IMG/VR virus record: IMGVR_UViG_3300028030_000012
Coordinates: 4,098 to 68,097 of that record
Direction: 5' to 3' (one strand)
DNA: 64,000 bases
Origin: a virus
The notes under the pieces are model-generated. The model ran no database searches and had not been told where the DNA came from. It saw nothing but the letters and a program-made list of their open reading frames with translations. Position numbers and translations under genes: made by a program. Positions 37,963-48,800 of the stretch are shown here, one piece after another (within the stretch, counting starts at the first letter, position 1; every line of letters starts with the position of its first letter).

Positions 37963-38706
37963 ATGGAAGTAAGAATAAAACACCTGCATAAGCAGGACTG
38001 GTCAGGTATAACAAGATATCCAAATTGTTTTGATGCCTTAGGACCATATTTCACAAGGTCGGGTAGAATATATACAGGCCTATCAAAAGAGGATGCTGAC
38101 CGTTTAGGTGAGATTTTGAGTTTGGATTTAGCCCCGGGCTCTGCCTATTGGGACACTTTTAGAATTCGAATGGGTTCTGAAGATTTTTATCTAGACACTA
38201 CTGACCCTTTTGATGAATTAAAATATTTGTTCCTTAAGGGGCACAAGCGAGTAGCTGAATCATTGGATTCTATCAAGCCTACCGCTCAATATTATATTAG
38301 CAATCCACAAGAGGAGGCTAGTAAAAATAATATTCAGAACAGGCTTAAGAGACAAGCGTATAAAGAATTTGATAAAATGAAGTCTGGGGATATTAAGAAA
38401 TGCTTACGACTTTATGGCTTTAAATCTGACAGCGTTTCAGATTCTGTAGCTGAAGAAAGGTTAATGACACTGTTAGAACAAAGTCCCGCAAGATTTTTCG
38501 ATAAATGGGTAAACAATAAAAATAGGGCTACTGAGTATTTGATTAAAGAAGCGATTTCTAAGAATGTAGTAAGGAAAAATAAAAACATATATTCTTACGG
38601 CACTACTACTTTAGGGAATACTTTAGAGGCTGCTATAGAGTATATTGATGAAAAAGAAAATTCTGAAATCAAAGCAACTATTATAAACGAAACTATTATT
38701 AAGTAA
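37963..38706 (+). CDS. crAss-like protein following MCP
   Basis: position; YTGLSKEDA.RL...W pattern. Confidence 0.7.
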   Translation: MEVRIKHLHKQDWSGITRYPNCFDALGPYFTRSGRIYTGLSKEDADRLGEILSLDLAPGSAYWDTFRIRMGSEDFYLDTTDPFDELKYLFLKGHKRVAESLDSIKPTAQYYISNPQEEASKNNIQNRLKRQAYKEFDKMKSGDIKKCLRLYGFKSDSVSDSVAEERLMTLLEQSPARFFDKWVNNKNRATEYLIKEAISKNVVRKNKNIYSYGTTTLGNTLEAAIEYIDEKENSEIKATIINETIIK

Positions 38707-39485
38707 TGACAGTTCTTGAGATGATAAACAGTTTTAATATAGGGGTGGATAAAACTACCTCTTTCCAAACTGTGTCTTTTGAAGAGGAAGAAGTACTTTA
38801 TTGGTTGAATGAGGCGCAATTGCAAGTCATCAAGCAAAAGATGTTTGGGAATAATTTTAGGAAAGAGGGTTTTGACACTTTGTATAAAGGCAAGGTCACT
38901 AAAAGATCTGATGACTTAAGTAACCTTATAAGGAATACCGAAAGGTTGAATTATTATCCCACAGGCAATCCTAGTGCTATATATCCTCATTTTAGACCTC
39001 ACGAGTATCATCCAAATGTAGCCACTATAAATATAGTAGCTGACAATATGCCGCGATACCTCTTCTACATAGATACCTACTTTAAAGCAGTAGGCCAAGA
39101 TGGTCCTATGGAAACAGAAGTTATAGAGCAGAAGGATATTAGAGATTTTGTAGAAACCCCTACTAACAAGCCTTTTTTAAGGAATGGGCTCGTTTATTTA
39201 AAGGGTAATGAGGTTAACATAATACACGACCCTTTTGTAACACCAGAATGGGCATATATTTCTTATGTAATGCAACCTAAGAAATTGGCTTTATTTACTA
39301 ATCCTGATGCTTGGATTACTGACTACAGTATAAAATCTCATTGGGATGACGAAGTGGTATCTCAGGGACTTGTAAGTGAGCAAATACATCCAGAAATTGT
39401 ATCTTTGGCAGTAAATCTTGCTTTGGAAAATGTTGCAGATCCTCGTTATCAATCACATTCAATAGAGTTAAATAAAAAAGAATAG
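38706..39485 (+). CDS. putative tail ring / head-tail connector protein
   Basis: EEVLYWLNEAQ...DDLSNL...HPEIVSLAV. Confidence 0.7.
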   Translation: MTVLEMINSFNIGVDKTTSFQTVSFEEEEVLYWLNEAQLQVIKQKMFGNNFRKEGFDTLYKGKVTKRSDDLSNLIRNTERLNYYPTGNPSAIYPHFRPHEYHPNVATINIVADNMPRYLFYIDTYFKAVGQDGPMETEVIEQKDIRDFVETPTNKPFLRNGLVYLKGNEVNIIHDPFVTPEWAYISYVMQPKKLALFTNPDAWITDYSIKSHWDDEVVSQGLVSEQIHPEIVSLAVNLALENVADPRYQSHSIELNKKE

Positions 39486-39486
39486 T

Positions 39487-40161
39487 ATGAGCCCTAGAGA
39501 ATTTCAGGAAGCTTTTGAATATACAGTTAATAAATATGATGAAGTGGGAATTGTTCCTTCTGACACTATATTTTATTGGTTAAATACAGCTATTATTGAA
39601 TTTGTAGAAGTAAACTATTCTAATGAGAAGGAGTCTTTTGAAGAGACTCAAAAAGTTACAGATGTTCTTAAAAACTTAGTAGTTGAAGAAAGTTTACAAA
39701 CAGCTAACTACACTTTCAGAAATAATAGTCTTATGGCTACTTTACCAGAGGACTATCTACATGCAGTTAATGAAGAAGTTAAGATTCAATACTCTGTTAC
39801 TGCAGAAGCTACTGAAGTAAAGAGGGTAGGTGTAACCGACTCTTCATCAGCCTTGCTTGCAAATCAATTAGCAGATCCTTATAGTCCTTATAGGTTACAT
39901 TACAGGAGTGCTAAACCTTTACGTTTGTTTAACAGTGGTAAAGTAATACTAATTACTGATGGTAATTATACTGTACTTGAATACTATTTAAGGTATTTAC
40001 GGAATCCGGCTCTTTTAGTATTATCTAATACATCAGAAGATTATAAAGACCTGCCTAAAAATGTACATAGGGATATAGTTAAAATTGCCGCATCCTTATA
40101 TTTAAGAAGTGTGGGAGTGTCGCTAGCCCACCAACCAAAACAACAAGAAAGTAATAAATAA
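39487..40161 (+). CDS. putative tail ring protein, paralog of the previous gene
   Basis: IFYWLNTA...LPEDYL...YLRNP...HRDIVKIA. Confidence 0.7.
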   Translation: MSPREFQEAFEYTVNKYDEVGIVPSDTIFYWLNTAIIEFVEVNYSNEKESFEETQKVTDVLKNLVVEESLQTANYTFRNNSLMATLPEDYLHAVNEEVKIQYSVTAEATEVKRVGVTDSSSALLANQLADPYSPYRLHYRSAKPLRLFNSGKVILITDGNYTVLEYYLRYLRNPALLVLSNTSEDYKDLPKNVHRDIVKIAASLYLRSVGVSLAHQPKQQESNK

Positions 40162-40172
40162 TAAAATATATT

Positions 40173-41249
40173 ATGTTAAAAAGAGTAAATGAAATATTAA
40201 TCGGTAAGGATATTGACCGCTTCGCAGGAGAATTTGGCGGCAGTTCTATTAACGAAATACAGCAAAATATTGCTGAAGGTGAGATAGTAGTTTTAACACA
40301 GGATTTTAAAGGGTATATTAGAGGTACCGATTCTTTTACTACTACCCCTACAATTTATATAGCAGAAGGTTCTGCAGATATGGGGACTGAAACAGCCCCT
40401 GATGGTACAGAGAGTGCTATGCGTAGACTTATTATATCAGCTCCTATAGACGGGAATTTGGTAAAAACCTACAGTAAAACTTCTTATACTGCAAAAACTG
40501 AAAAGAGTGTTACATTCGGACCTATTACAGATCCTATAGTAGCAGGTACAGAGTATCTTATTAAATTTGTTTATAAAGATATTATAGAGCGTCCAGCCCC
40601 TTACTCACAGACTTACAGATACACTGCTAAAACTGGGGATACTTCTGTAGAAGTTTTTGACGGATTACGTGCTAGAATACGTAACAATAAAGGGCAGCTT
40701 TCTATTAAAGGGGGTGCTAGAATTTCTGTTAATGCTAATGGCCAAGCTAATTTTGTAGCTACAGGTAAAGCAATCCCAGAATGTACTTCTAAGGTTAATG
40801 ATATAGATGAGTTAACACAGGTTGATTTTGAAGCTTATCTTAATTATGTAGATAATGACGGTAATTGGACAGCTGTAACTACTGCCCCAACAAAATCTTA
40901 TGGCGCTGCTTTTAGAGGGCAAGGTTCTTGGGAAGTTATAAGGGATATTGAAAAACATTCTTTGAGTTATAGAGGAATTGAGAATAGAATATGGTTCCCA
41001 GTAGCTTATCCAGTACAACGTGTACAAAAAAATGGTGAGTATAATACTATTGTAATAGAGCATGATGCTGCATATGTAAGTGCTGACAACCAATATACTA
41101 AACAAACTTCTCTTACAACTCAAACAGCTTTTGAAAAAGCTTTAGGTGCTCCTACCCTTAATCAAGGTAGTGGTATTGAGGACGACTTGGATGATTGGAT
41201 GGCTTCTTTACCAGCTTCTAAATCTGATGATGATTTAGTTTGGTTATAG
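40173..41249 (+). CDS. virion structural protein (auxiliary capsid candidate)
   Basis: position; G.GSWEVIRDIEK...YRG motif; terminator follows. Confidence 0.6.
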   Translation: MLKRVNEILIGKDIDRFAGEFGGSSINEIQQNIAEGEIVVLTQDFKGYIRGTDSFTTTPTIYIAEGSADMGTETAPDGTESAMRRLIISAPIDGNLVKTYSKTSYTAKTEKSVTFGPITDPIVAGTEYLIKFVYKDIIERPAPYSQTYRYTAKTGDTSVEVFDGLRARIRNNKGQLSIKGGARISVNANGQANFVATGKAIPECTSKVNDIDELTQVDFEAYLNYVDNDGNWTAVTTAPTKSYGAAFRGQGSWEVIRDIEKHSLSYRGIENRIWFPVAYPVQRVQKNGEYNTIVIEHDAAYVSADNQYTKQTSLTTQTAFEKALGAPTLNQGSGIEDDLDDWMASLPASKSDDDLVWL

Positions 41250-41274
41250 AGTAATCAATATAGTACTAATAAGG

Positions 41275-41310
41275 AAGGGCGGTCGAGTTAATCGTCCGCC
41301 TTTTTATTTT
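41275..41310 (+). terminator. intrinsic terminator
   Basis: GGCGG...CCGCC plus TTTTTATTTT. Confidence 0.6.
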
Positions 41311-41317
41311 AAAATAT

Positions 41318-44300
41318 ATGAAGGACATACAAGAGATATTAAGAGGGGATAATTCTGTATCTTTAGAGTTTACTAGTAAAGAGTACCAAGGTAATATTAC
41401 GTTTAGGGAAAATGCTTTTTGGCTTGATAGGGAAATATACGATACCAGAGGAAAGATGCTGAACGGCACTGCACTTTTTACAGAACTTACTGATACCCCT
41501 AATTCATTAACAGGAGAGGCCGGGAAATATGTAAGGGTAAATCCAGCAGAAAATGGCTTAGTTTTTGTAACGGGACAAGACCCTACAGTAGCCACTACTT
41601 GGGGGGAAATAGTAGGGGATATTACAACTCAAGTAGACCTAAATACTCTTTTGACGTCCAAAGAAAGTAATCTAGGGGACCCTGTTGCAGATAACATGGT
41701 GCTTAGTTCCCTTGTCAATGGTACAAGATCTTGGGTAGACGCTGCTACTATTAGCGGGGTACCTCAAACTACTGACAGTTTAATAGAAGGGAATTCTAAT
41801 TTTTACTTTACAGAGGCTAGGGTAACAAACAATACAGACGTATTGCTAAATACCATGAACCGACATAACCATTCTAATAAACCCCTACTTGATAGCTTAA
41901 TTACTACAGGTACAGGTATTAAGTTTCTTGCGGATGACGGTGTTTATAGAGAAGGTGTAGGTGGCGTGACGGACCATTCTATGTTAGTAAATAGGAATCT
42001 GGCAGACCAACATTCTATTTCTTCTATAACTGATTTACAGCCACTTTTAGACCATATACCTAATACTACAGATAATTTAACAGAAGGGGTAGCTAACCAG
42101 TACTATACCGATGCTAAAGTAAGTACTAATGGGGATGTATTAGGGAATACTACTGCTAGGCATACTCATTCTAATAAAGCCTTATTGGACAGCCTAATTA
42201 CTACAGGTACAGGTAATAAATACCTATCTGATGATGGTACTTATAATCCTGTAATAGGTGGAGGGGCCGCTACTTGGGGGAGTATAGGGGGTCTCTTATC
42301 GGATCAGTCTGATTTACAAACAACTTTAGATAGTAAAGAAGCTTCTTTAGGCAATCCTGTTACAACAGGCTTATTTCTAAGTTCTACATCTACTGGTGTA
42401 CGTTCTTGGGTAGCTGTAGATGGGGGACAGTTAGAAGAGGATGTTATTATATTAAAGCATACTTACGATTCTTTTGCTTCTATACAAGTACAGATAGATG
42501 TTTTACCTAAGGATATGGCAGGTAAAGAAATTGTTATACTGTTTGCTGATGGGGCCCATGATTGGGGGAATGATATGCTAAATCTTATGGGGTTTCATAA
42601 TGGCCGTATAAGGTTAGAGGCTGCTACAATGATTGCTGCAGCAGGTACTAATCAAAATGCTACATGGAATTTAAATGGTACAGGTTATTTAAAAGCTGAC
42701 AATGTATATGGTAATATAAGTATAGCTGGTATAAAAGTGACTCCTACAATAGGTAATGTAGTTTTTCAAATATCTGGCAATGCCAAAGTAACTACTACTT
42801 TAATGTATTGGGACGCTCACTTATGTAACTATGAAACAAGTGTATTTTACTCAGCAGGTGTAGATATTTCTTCTTATAAGGATACTTTTACAGGGTCTCT
42901 TTCATACATTACTAATTTTGTAAAATTTGTTAGAGGTGTAGAAGAAGTACAAGGGGGACATATAGCCATTTTTGAAGCTTCTATGAATACAAGGGTATTC
43001 ACAAATGCAGCTAATGGCGTAGGGACAGCCTCTTTTAACTCTTCAGAAGGTGTGTTTACAAATAAAGTAGTTGGAGATGCTGTAGATTTAAGTGCGGCAG
43101 TAGAAGGCGAAGAGAATATAAACCTACTTCAGTATACGGCATTAGGGAATCATTCGCATTCGCCAGGAAATGGACAAGTATCTACAGACGGGTATTTCAT
43201 ATATTTCAATTTGTTTAATGCATCTGGGAGCTATATTAAGCGCATACTATTAACGATTGAGGTTGGGGATACTGTTGCGATGACTGAAAAAACTAGTGGC
43301 GGGGGCGACAAATATTTTATTTATGTTGTAAAATCCGTATCAATTAGTGGGTCTGTTTGTACTATTGAAAGAGAAACAAGTGCAACTGGGGGTTTAGATT
43401 TTGATTCAGGGGATAATATAGAGATTGAACTTTTTACTGTAAAAGGTACAGGTACAGGCTCTAATGTAGCCTCTGTATCTTATCCTTATATAGGTACTGT
43501 AACAGATACTAGTATAGAAATTACCCCTTCTTTTAATAGAAATGGTATTATTTATTGGGGGGCTTATTTAAGTACTTCTAGCGTGCCTTTAAAGTCTGAA
43601 ATAGAAGCTGGTACTAATGCAGAAGTGTTTGGCAATACGACTGTTACAGGAGGAGGTTCTAATAGTATTGTTATTACAGGCCTTTCTGCAGAAACTGATT
43701 ATACTAATTACATATTTGGTAGAGATGGTTGGAAGAATGATAGTGAGGTAAGAAGTACTTCTGCTACCACTTCTATGGCAGTTGATAATTTACCTACAGC
43801 GACTAATGTTACTATTGCAGGTACAGAAACAGAAGGGGAGACCCTTACAGGAACCTACACTTATACGGATGCCGATGGGGATGCTGAAAGTGGTTCTACT
43901 TATGCATGGTATAGGGCTGATGATGCTTCAGGTACTAATTTAGCAGCTATCAGTGGAGCTACTTCCCAAACTTATACGCTTATAGCAGCAGATGTAAGTA
44001 AGTTCATTATGTACGGTGTAACGCCTGCAAATGCTAATGGTACTGGTATAGAAGGCACTAGTGCGTATACGGGGGCAATAGCAGCAGCTGCAAGTGCAAT
44101 GGTTGCTCCTACACTTACTTTAGGTACAGTTACAGATCATACAATTCCTATTTCTTGGAATGACCCTAATAGTGGGGCAGACACAGGACTTGTTATTGAA
44201 GTAAAGGAGAGTTCAGAGGCTACTTGGGATAAAATGTTCATTGCTAGTAGGGGTATTTCAGACTATACTATCAAAGGTATTTGGGAATCTGGTATAGGGG

Positions 44301-45883
44301 CTGATTTACTTGTACCGGGAACCAATTACGATATTAGGGCTTATTTCAGGGGTAACGGTATGCTTGGAGATAGTGACTACACAACAATTAGTAATACCAC
44401 AACAACCGGCTCACTTCCCGGGCAAGATACAATGGGGACTGCTACGGTTGAAGATATAAGGCCTCGTGGTTTTAGGATTAGTTTTGGACATGTGAATAAT
44501 GCGACTAATCTTAGGGTTGAGTATAGAGTATCAGGCACAACAGATTGGGTTCATTATAAACACGGTGTTAAAGTAAACGACAGTATCTATGTTACAGGGC
44601 TTACTCCAAACACTGATTATGAAGCAAGGGTTAAAGCAGTGACAAATGGAGGTAGGCAGTTTACTGTATGGAGTAATACAGTCACAGTTACTACCTTGGC
44701 AGTTTCAGGCGATATGCTTATGACTATTAGTGTAACTACAGATGGGGATAGTTTTACTCTCCCTTTCAATGGTACAAATGATATAAATATAGATTGGGGG
44801 GACGGTAACAGTGATGCTAGCATTACAGTTTCAAATCCTACTCATACTTATGCAACCGCAGGAACTTATCTCGTGAAGGTAGGGGGTACAGCTACTTCGT
44901 TTAGTTTCTTATCTACCAATACCAGTGCTTCAATGGTAATAGGCATTGACCAAATGGGTATTATCTCTTATTCTAATATAGTAGGGTTATTGTCAAATTG
45001 TCCTAATGTGGAGTACTTGTATATGCAAGATATAAATCTTACAAATATTACAACTTTAGAAAGTTTGGTGAACAATGCTCCTAATCTTTATACTATAGAC
45101 GCTAGAAATCTTAATTTTACAAGCATTACATCAATGCGAACCATGCTTTATCGAACTAAAGCTTATTTGTATAATGAAGGATGGTCGAATACTAATAATA
45201 TTACAGACTTTTATAGATTTGCTTACCAGTCTACTTCAAGGGAAATACCTGTAGAAAATATTGATTTTTCTGGTGCTACTAATTTGCAATATACTTTCTT
45301 AGGTATAAAATCAGAATATTTAGATACTCTTAATATGAATGTGGGTACTGCTACAACTATGTACGGAATGTTCAATGATAATAAAATATTATCACTATTT
45401 ACCAGAAATTGGGTTACTGCAAGTCCTAATATGGAAATATTTGCGAGAAGGTCTGATTTCAAATGTTGGATTAACCCTAATGCATTCTGGGGGAATGGCG
45501 GTATAGCAAGTCATTCTAGAGCATTTGAGGATGCCTTAGAGATATCAAACTATTCCGATATACCTAATAATTGGAAAAATATAGCACTTACTGCACCTGC
45601 TTTAAATGCGCCTACAATGGGCTCTACCACAGCAGATTTGACATGGTCAGATCCTAACCCTGATTCAGGGGCAGGTAATGAAAACGAGGAGAACGTTATT
45701 GTACTTTATAGAACAGCAGGAGGAGGTTCTTGGACAACAGTATCTCTTGCAGCAGATACTGTTAGTTATCAGATAACAGGGCTTAGTGCTAGTACAAATT
45801 ATGACTTTGCGATAAGAGTAACTAATGCAACGTCAGAAAACTCTCCAGAAAGTAATATACAAACAGCATCTACAACAGCATAA
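41318..45883 (+). CDS. large fibre/adhesin: HxH fibre repeats, FN3, Ig-like, PKD, DUF285-like repeats
   Basis: GLSAETDY, GLTPNTDYE and GLSASTNY FN3 signatures; IDWGDG..HTY PKD. Confidence 0.75.
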   Translation: MKDIQEILRGDNSVSLEFTSKEYQGNITFRENAFWLDREIYDTRGKMLNGTALFTELTDTPNSLTGEAGKYVRVNPAENGLVFVTGQDPTVATTWGEIVGDITTQVDLNTLLTSKESNLGDPVADNMVLSSLVNGTRSWVDAATISGVPQTTDSLIEGNSNFYFTEARVTNNTDVLLNTMNRHNHSNKPLLDSLITTGTGIKFLADDGVYREGVGGVTDHSMLVNRNLADQHSISSITDLQPLLDHIPNTTDNLTEGVANQYYTDAKVSTNGDVLGNTTARHTHSNKALLDSLITTGTGNKYLSDDGTYNPVIGGGAATWGSIGGLLSDQSDLQTTLDSKEASLGNPVTTGLFLSSTSTGVRSWVAVDGGQLEEDVIILKHTYDSFASIQVQIDVLPKDMAGKEIVILFADGAHDWGNDMLNLMGFHNGRIRLEAATMIAAAGTNQNATWNLNGTGYLKADNVYGNISIAGIKVTPTIGNVVFQISGNAKVTTTLMYWDAHLCNYETSVFYSAGVDISSYKDTFTGSLSYITNFVKFVRGVEEVQGGHIAIFEASMNTRVFTNAANGVGTASFNSSEGVFTNKVVGDAVDLSAAVEGEENINLLQYTALGNHSHSPGNGQVSTDGYFIYFNLFNASGSYIKRILLTIEVGDTVAMTEKTSGGGDKYFIYVVKSVSISGSVCTIERETSATGGLDFDSGDNIEIELFTVKGTGTGSNVASVSYPYIGTVTDTSIEITPSFNRNGIIYWGAYLSTSSVPLKSEIEAGTNAEVFGNTTVTGGGSNSIVITGLSAETDYTNYIFGRDGWKNDSEVRSTSATTSMAVDNLPTATNVTIAGTETEGETLTGTYTYTDADGDAESGSTYAWYRADDASGTNLAAISGATSQTYTLIAADVSKFIMYGVTPANANGTGIEGTSAYTGAIAAAASAMVAPTLTLGTVTDHTIPISWNDPNSGADTGLVIEVKESSEATWDKMFIASRGISDYTIKGIWESGIGADLLVPGTNYDIRAYFRGNGMLGDSDYTTISNTTTTGSLPGQDTMGTATVEDIRPRGFRISFGHVNNATNLRVEYRVSGTTDWVHYKHGVKVNDSIYVTGLTPNTDYEARVKAVTNGGRQFTVWSNTVTVTTLAVSGDMLMTISVTTDGDSFTLPFNGTNDINIDWGDGNSDASITVSNPTHTYATAGTYLVKVGGTATSFSFLSTNTSASMVIGIDQMGIISYSNIVGLLSNCPNVEYLYMQDINLTNITTLESLVNNAPNLYTIDARNLNFTSITSMRTMLYRTKAYLYNEGWSNTNNITDFYRFAYQSTSREIPVENIDFSGATNLQYTFLGIKSEYLDTLNMNVGTATTMYGMFNDNKILSLFTRNWVTASPNMEIFARRSDFKCWINPNAFWGNGGIASHSRAFEDALEISNYSDIPNNWKNIALTAPALNAPTMGSTTADLTWSDPNPDSGAGNENEENVIVLYRTAGGGSWTTVSLAADTVSYQITGLSASTNYDFAIRVTNATSENSPESNIQTASTTA

Positions 45884-45885
45884 TT

Positions 45886-48800
45886 ATGAAACACGATTTA
45901 ACAGGCCCTAGAGCCGTTACTATTAGAATGTACCCTACAGAGGACCGGTTTCCTTTTGACTTCAATATAGGTATGGAGGATAATTGGTGGCTTACAGAAG
46001 AGGAGCTTGGCTTACAGTATTTATTTTTGAATTCTGAAGGTAAAAACGAACATGTACATGCTGAAGATGAAGATGCTACTATTACTAGATGGTATCGTTG
46101 TCCAAATACTGATGTAGCAAACGTGCAATTAATAGCTTCAGGTAACAATATTGATAGGTACATTCTTACAAATGATGATGTTGGTTATTATATGGTAGCT
46201 TCCGTAGAAGTTGTTACTAAAGCAGGGGTCCATGGGCCAGAGGTATTTTCTGATTTTTCAGATAAGAAAGTAAGGCTTCGACCAAGTGATACTCCTGAAT
46301 GTTTTAATGTCTTCATCTCCGGAACTCCTATGGTTAATAGGGTAATGACATTGGACTATAGGTATAAGGACTTGTCATTATCAGAAGAACAATGGAAAAC
46401 TAATAAAACACCCCACACTGAAATTAAATGGTATTTAGCAGATGATGCTGTAGGCACTAATGCAACACAGATAAATGGGGAGACTACAAAAGACTATTTA
46501 CCTACTACTGACATTATAGGGAAATATGTAGCAGTCAGTGTTACTCCAGCTAATAAGCTAGATAGGGTAGGTAATGAATACTTTTCAGAGTATATAGGTG
46601 TAGGCATGGCCGAGACAACTGAATTTATTACTAGATGGTCTAATGTAAGTTCAGTGACACTTCCTTTAACCCCTTCAGGTACCTATAATTTTATAGTAGA
46701 TTGGGGGGATGGGAATTCTGATACAATAACTACTTGGGATGCCGCTAGTAAATCTCATGTATACTCTTCTAATGGTACTTATGATATTTCTATTACAGGA
46801 GTGCTGACACATTGGAGCTTTAGAACGGGGGCTCATGGAGATTACTCAAGCCATGATGGTATTACGGAAGTAGTACAGTGGGGAAATATACCTTTTAGGG
46901 AGTTGTCGTTTCAGAATTGTAACAATATAACTTCATTATCTTTTGATGATTTTAATGGGGCTGACTTTACTAATTTTGGTTATGGTATCTACGGCATGAG
47001 TAGTCTTACTCATTTTTATAGTGAGAATTTGAATACGTCTCGCATATCTAATTTTTCTTATTTCGCACGTAATGCCTCTAAATTAGAGGTGGTGAAAAGT
47101 AGTAGGTGGGCATTTAGTTCGGTTTTAAATATTGCAAATATGTTTGTCCAAAACTCAGAATTAATAGAGTTAGACACTTCAAAGTGGAATGTATACAAAG
47201 CGGAGGTAGCTTATAATGCATTTACACACTTGGCCAAGTTAGAATATATAGATACAAGAGATTGGATTACACACAAGATACCCATTAATGATAGGCACAA
47301 TCCTACATTTGGGGGAGCTTTTTCAAACAACCCTTTATTGAAAGGGCATTTTCCATCAAAAAACTGGTGGTATAATTTCTATTTTCCAGAGGAATATATT
47401 AAAAATACTTTTTTAGGGAGTCCTTCATTAGTAAATTATAATGAAATCCCTGTAAAATGTGGGGGAGCTTATCATCCTGAGACATTTGAAATGGAAGTGC
47501 TTATTTCAGAATCAGGCACTGTGTTTACTTTACCTGCTTATTCTTCAAGTAATGATTTTGTAATAAATTGGGGGGATGGCTCTGATACTGAGTCTGTAAC
47601 AGGTGTAAACCCTTCCCATACTTACATGTTAATAGGTAGATTTACAATTACCATAAAAGGCACTATGCCCGCATTTGGGTTTAAAGGGGGTTTTGGAGTT
47701 GAGAAGGTTATTAAAATAAATCAAGTGGGGGATGTGGGACTTACCCAAGTCGAAGGATTTGTCCAAGGGGCTGTACGTTTAATGTACGCTAATATTTCAA
47801 GCCTCCCTAATAGTATTACAGACTTAAGTTATTTCTTTGATGGGTGTGCGTATCTAAATACTGTGGATACAGGAAACCTTATCTTTGATAATGTAGTAAA
47901 TTTTAGAAACTTTGTCTCCGGATGTCATAGTTTAGTTTCAATGGACACGTCTTTATGGGTATTATCTAGTAACCCTGTTATGACAGAGTTTGCTAAAAAT
48001 GCTTCTCTATTTACTACTTCTCTTAATAGTACTGCTTTTTGGGGGAATGTAGGTATTGTGACCTATACGGACGCTTTTACAAACTGTAATGGGAATCTCA
48101 ATTGGGCAAATGTGCCAGAGTCTTGGGGGGGTGAAGCGGGTGCCATTAATCCTACTTATCCTAACGGGGTGTATACAGTCCCTTATGGTAGAAGTAATGC
48201 TGACGGTACTGCTGGGAATCCTTATGGTGTAAAAGATATACTTGAAGATAATGTCTTAGCAGGTTCCAATGTCTTTTTTAGAAGAGGTTACTATATTAAT
48301 GAAAGCTTTGATTTCAAAATAGGAGGTACTAGTGGAAGTACTATACATATGCAAGCTTATAATAATGAGCAAGTTATTTTTGTTTTATGGCAATCTAATA
48401 TAGTTCTGGGTGATTTTATCGAACTTAAGGATGTTATTGTTACTTATCCTGAAAATTTAAAGTCCGTCAAATATGCTTGGGACGATCCACTAGTTCCTAT
48501 AGATGGTGGGTTTGCTGTATTGAAAGGTGAAGAGAGCGCTATAGTAAATTGTATTTTGTACGACTCTACTGGATTGCATAGCCCTGTCTCTTCAGTTAAC
48601 CCCTTAGTATATGGTAATATATTATTTTATGGAGGGACTCATGATGGTACAGTTAACCAATCTAACTATGGTAGGGAACATGGTATGTACTTTGAAAATG
48701 GTGTGGGCAGTAGAATGCAGGTTTATGATAATGTGATAATGCACTTTTTTGGTAATGGTATTCAATACTATAGTGATGGGGGAGCTCAAGTGTATGGTTC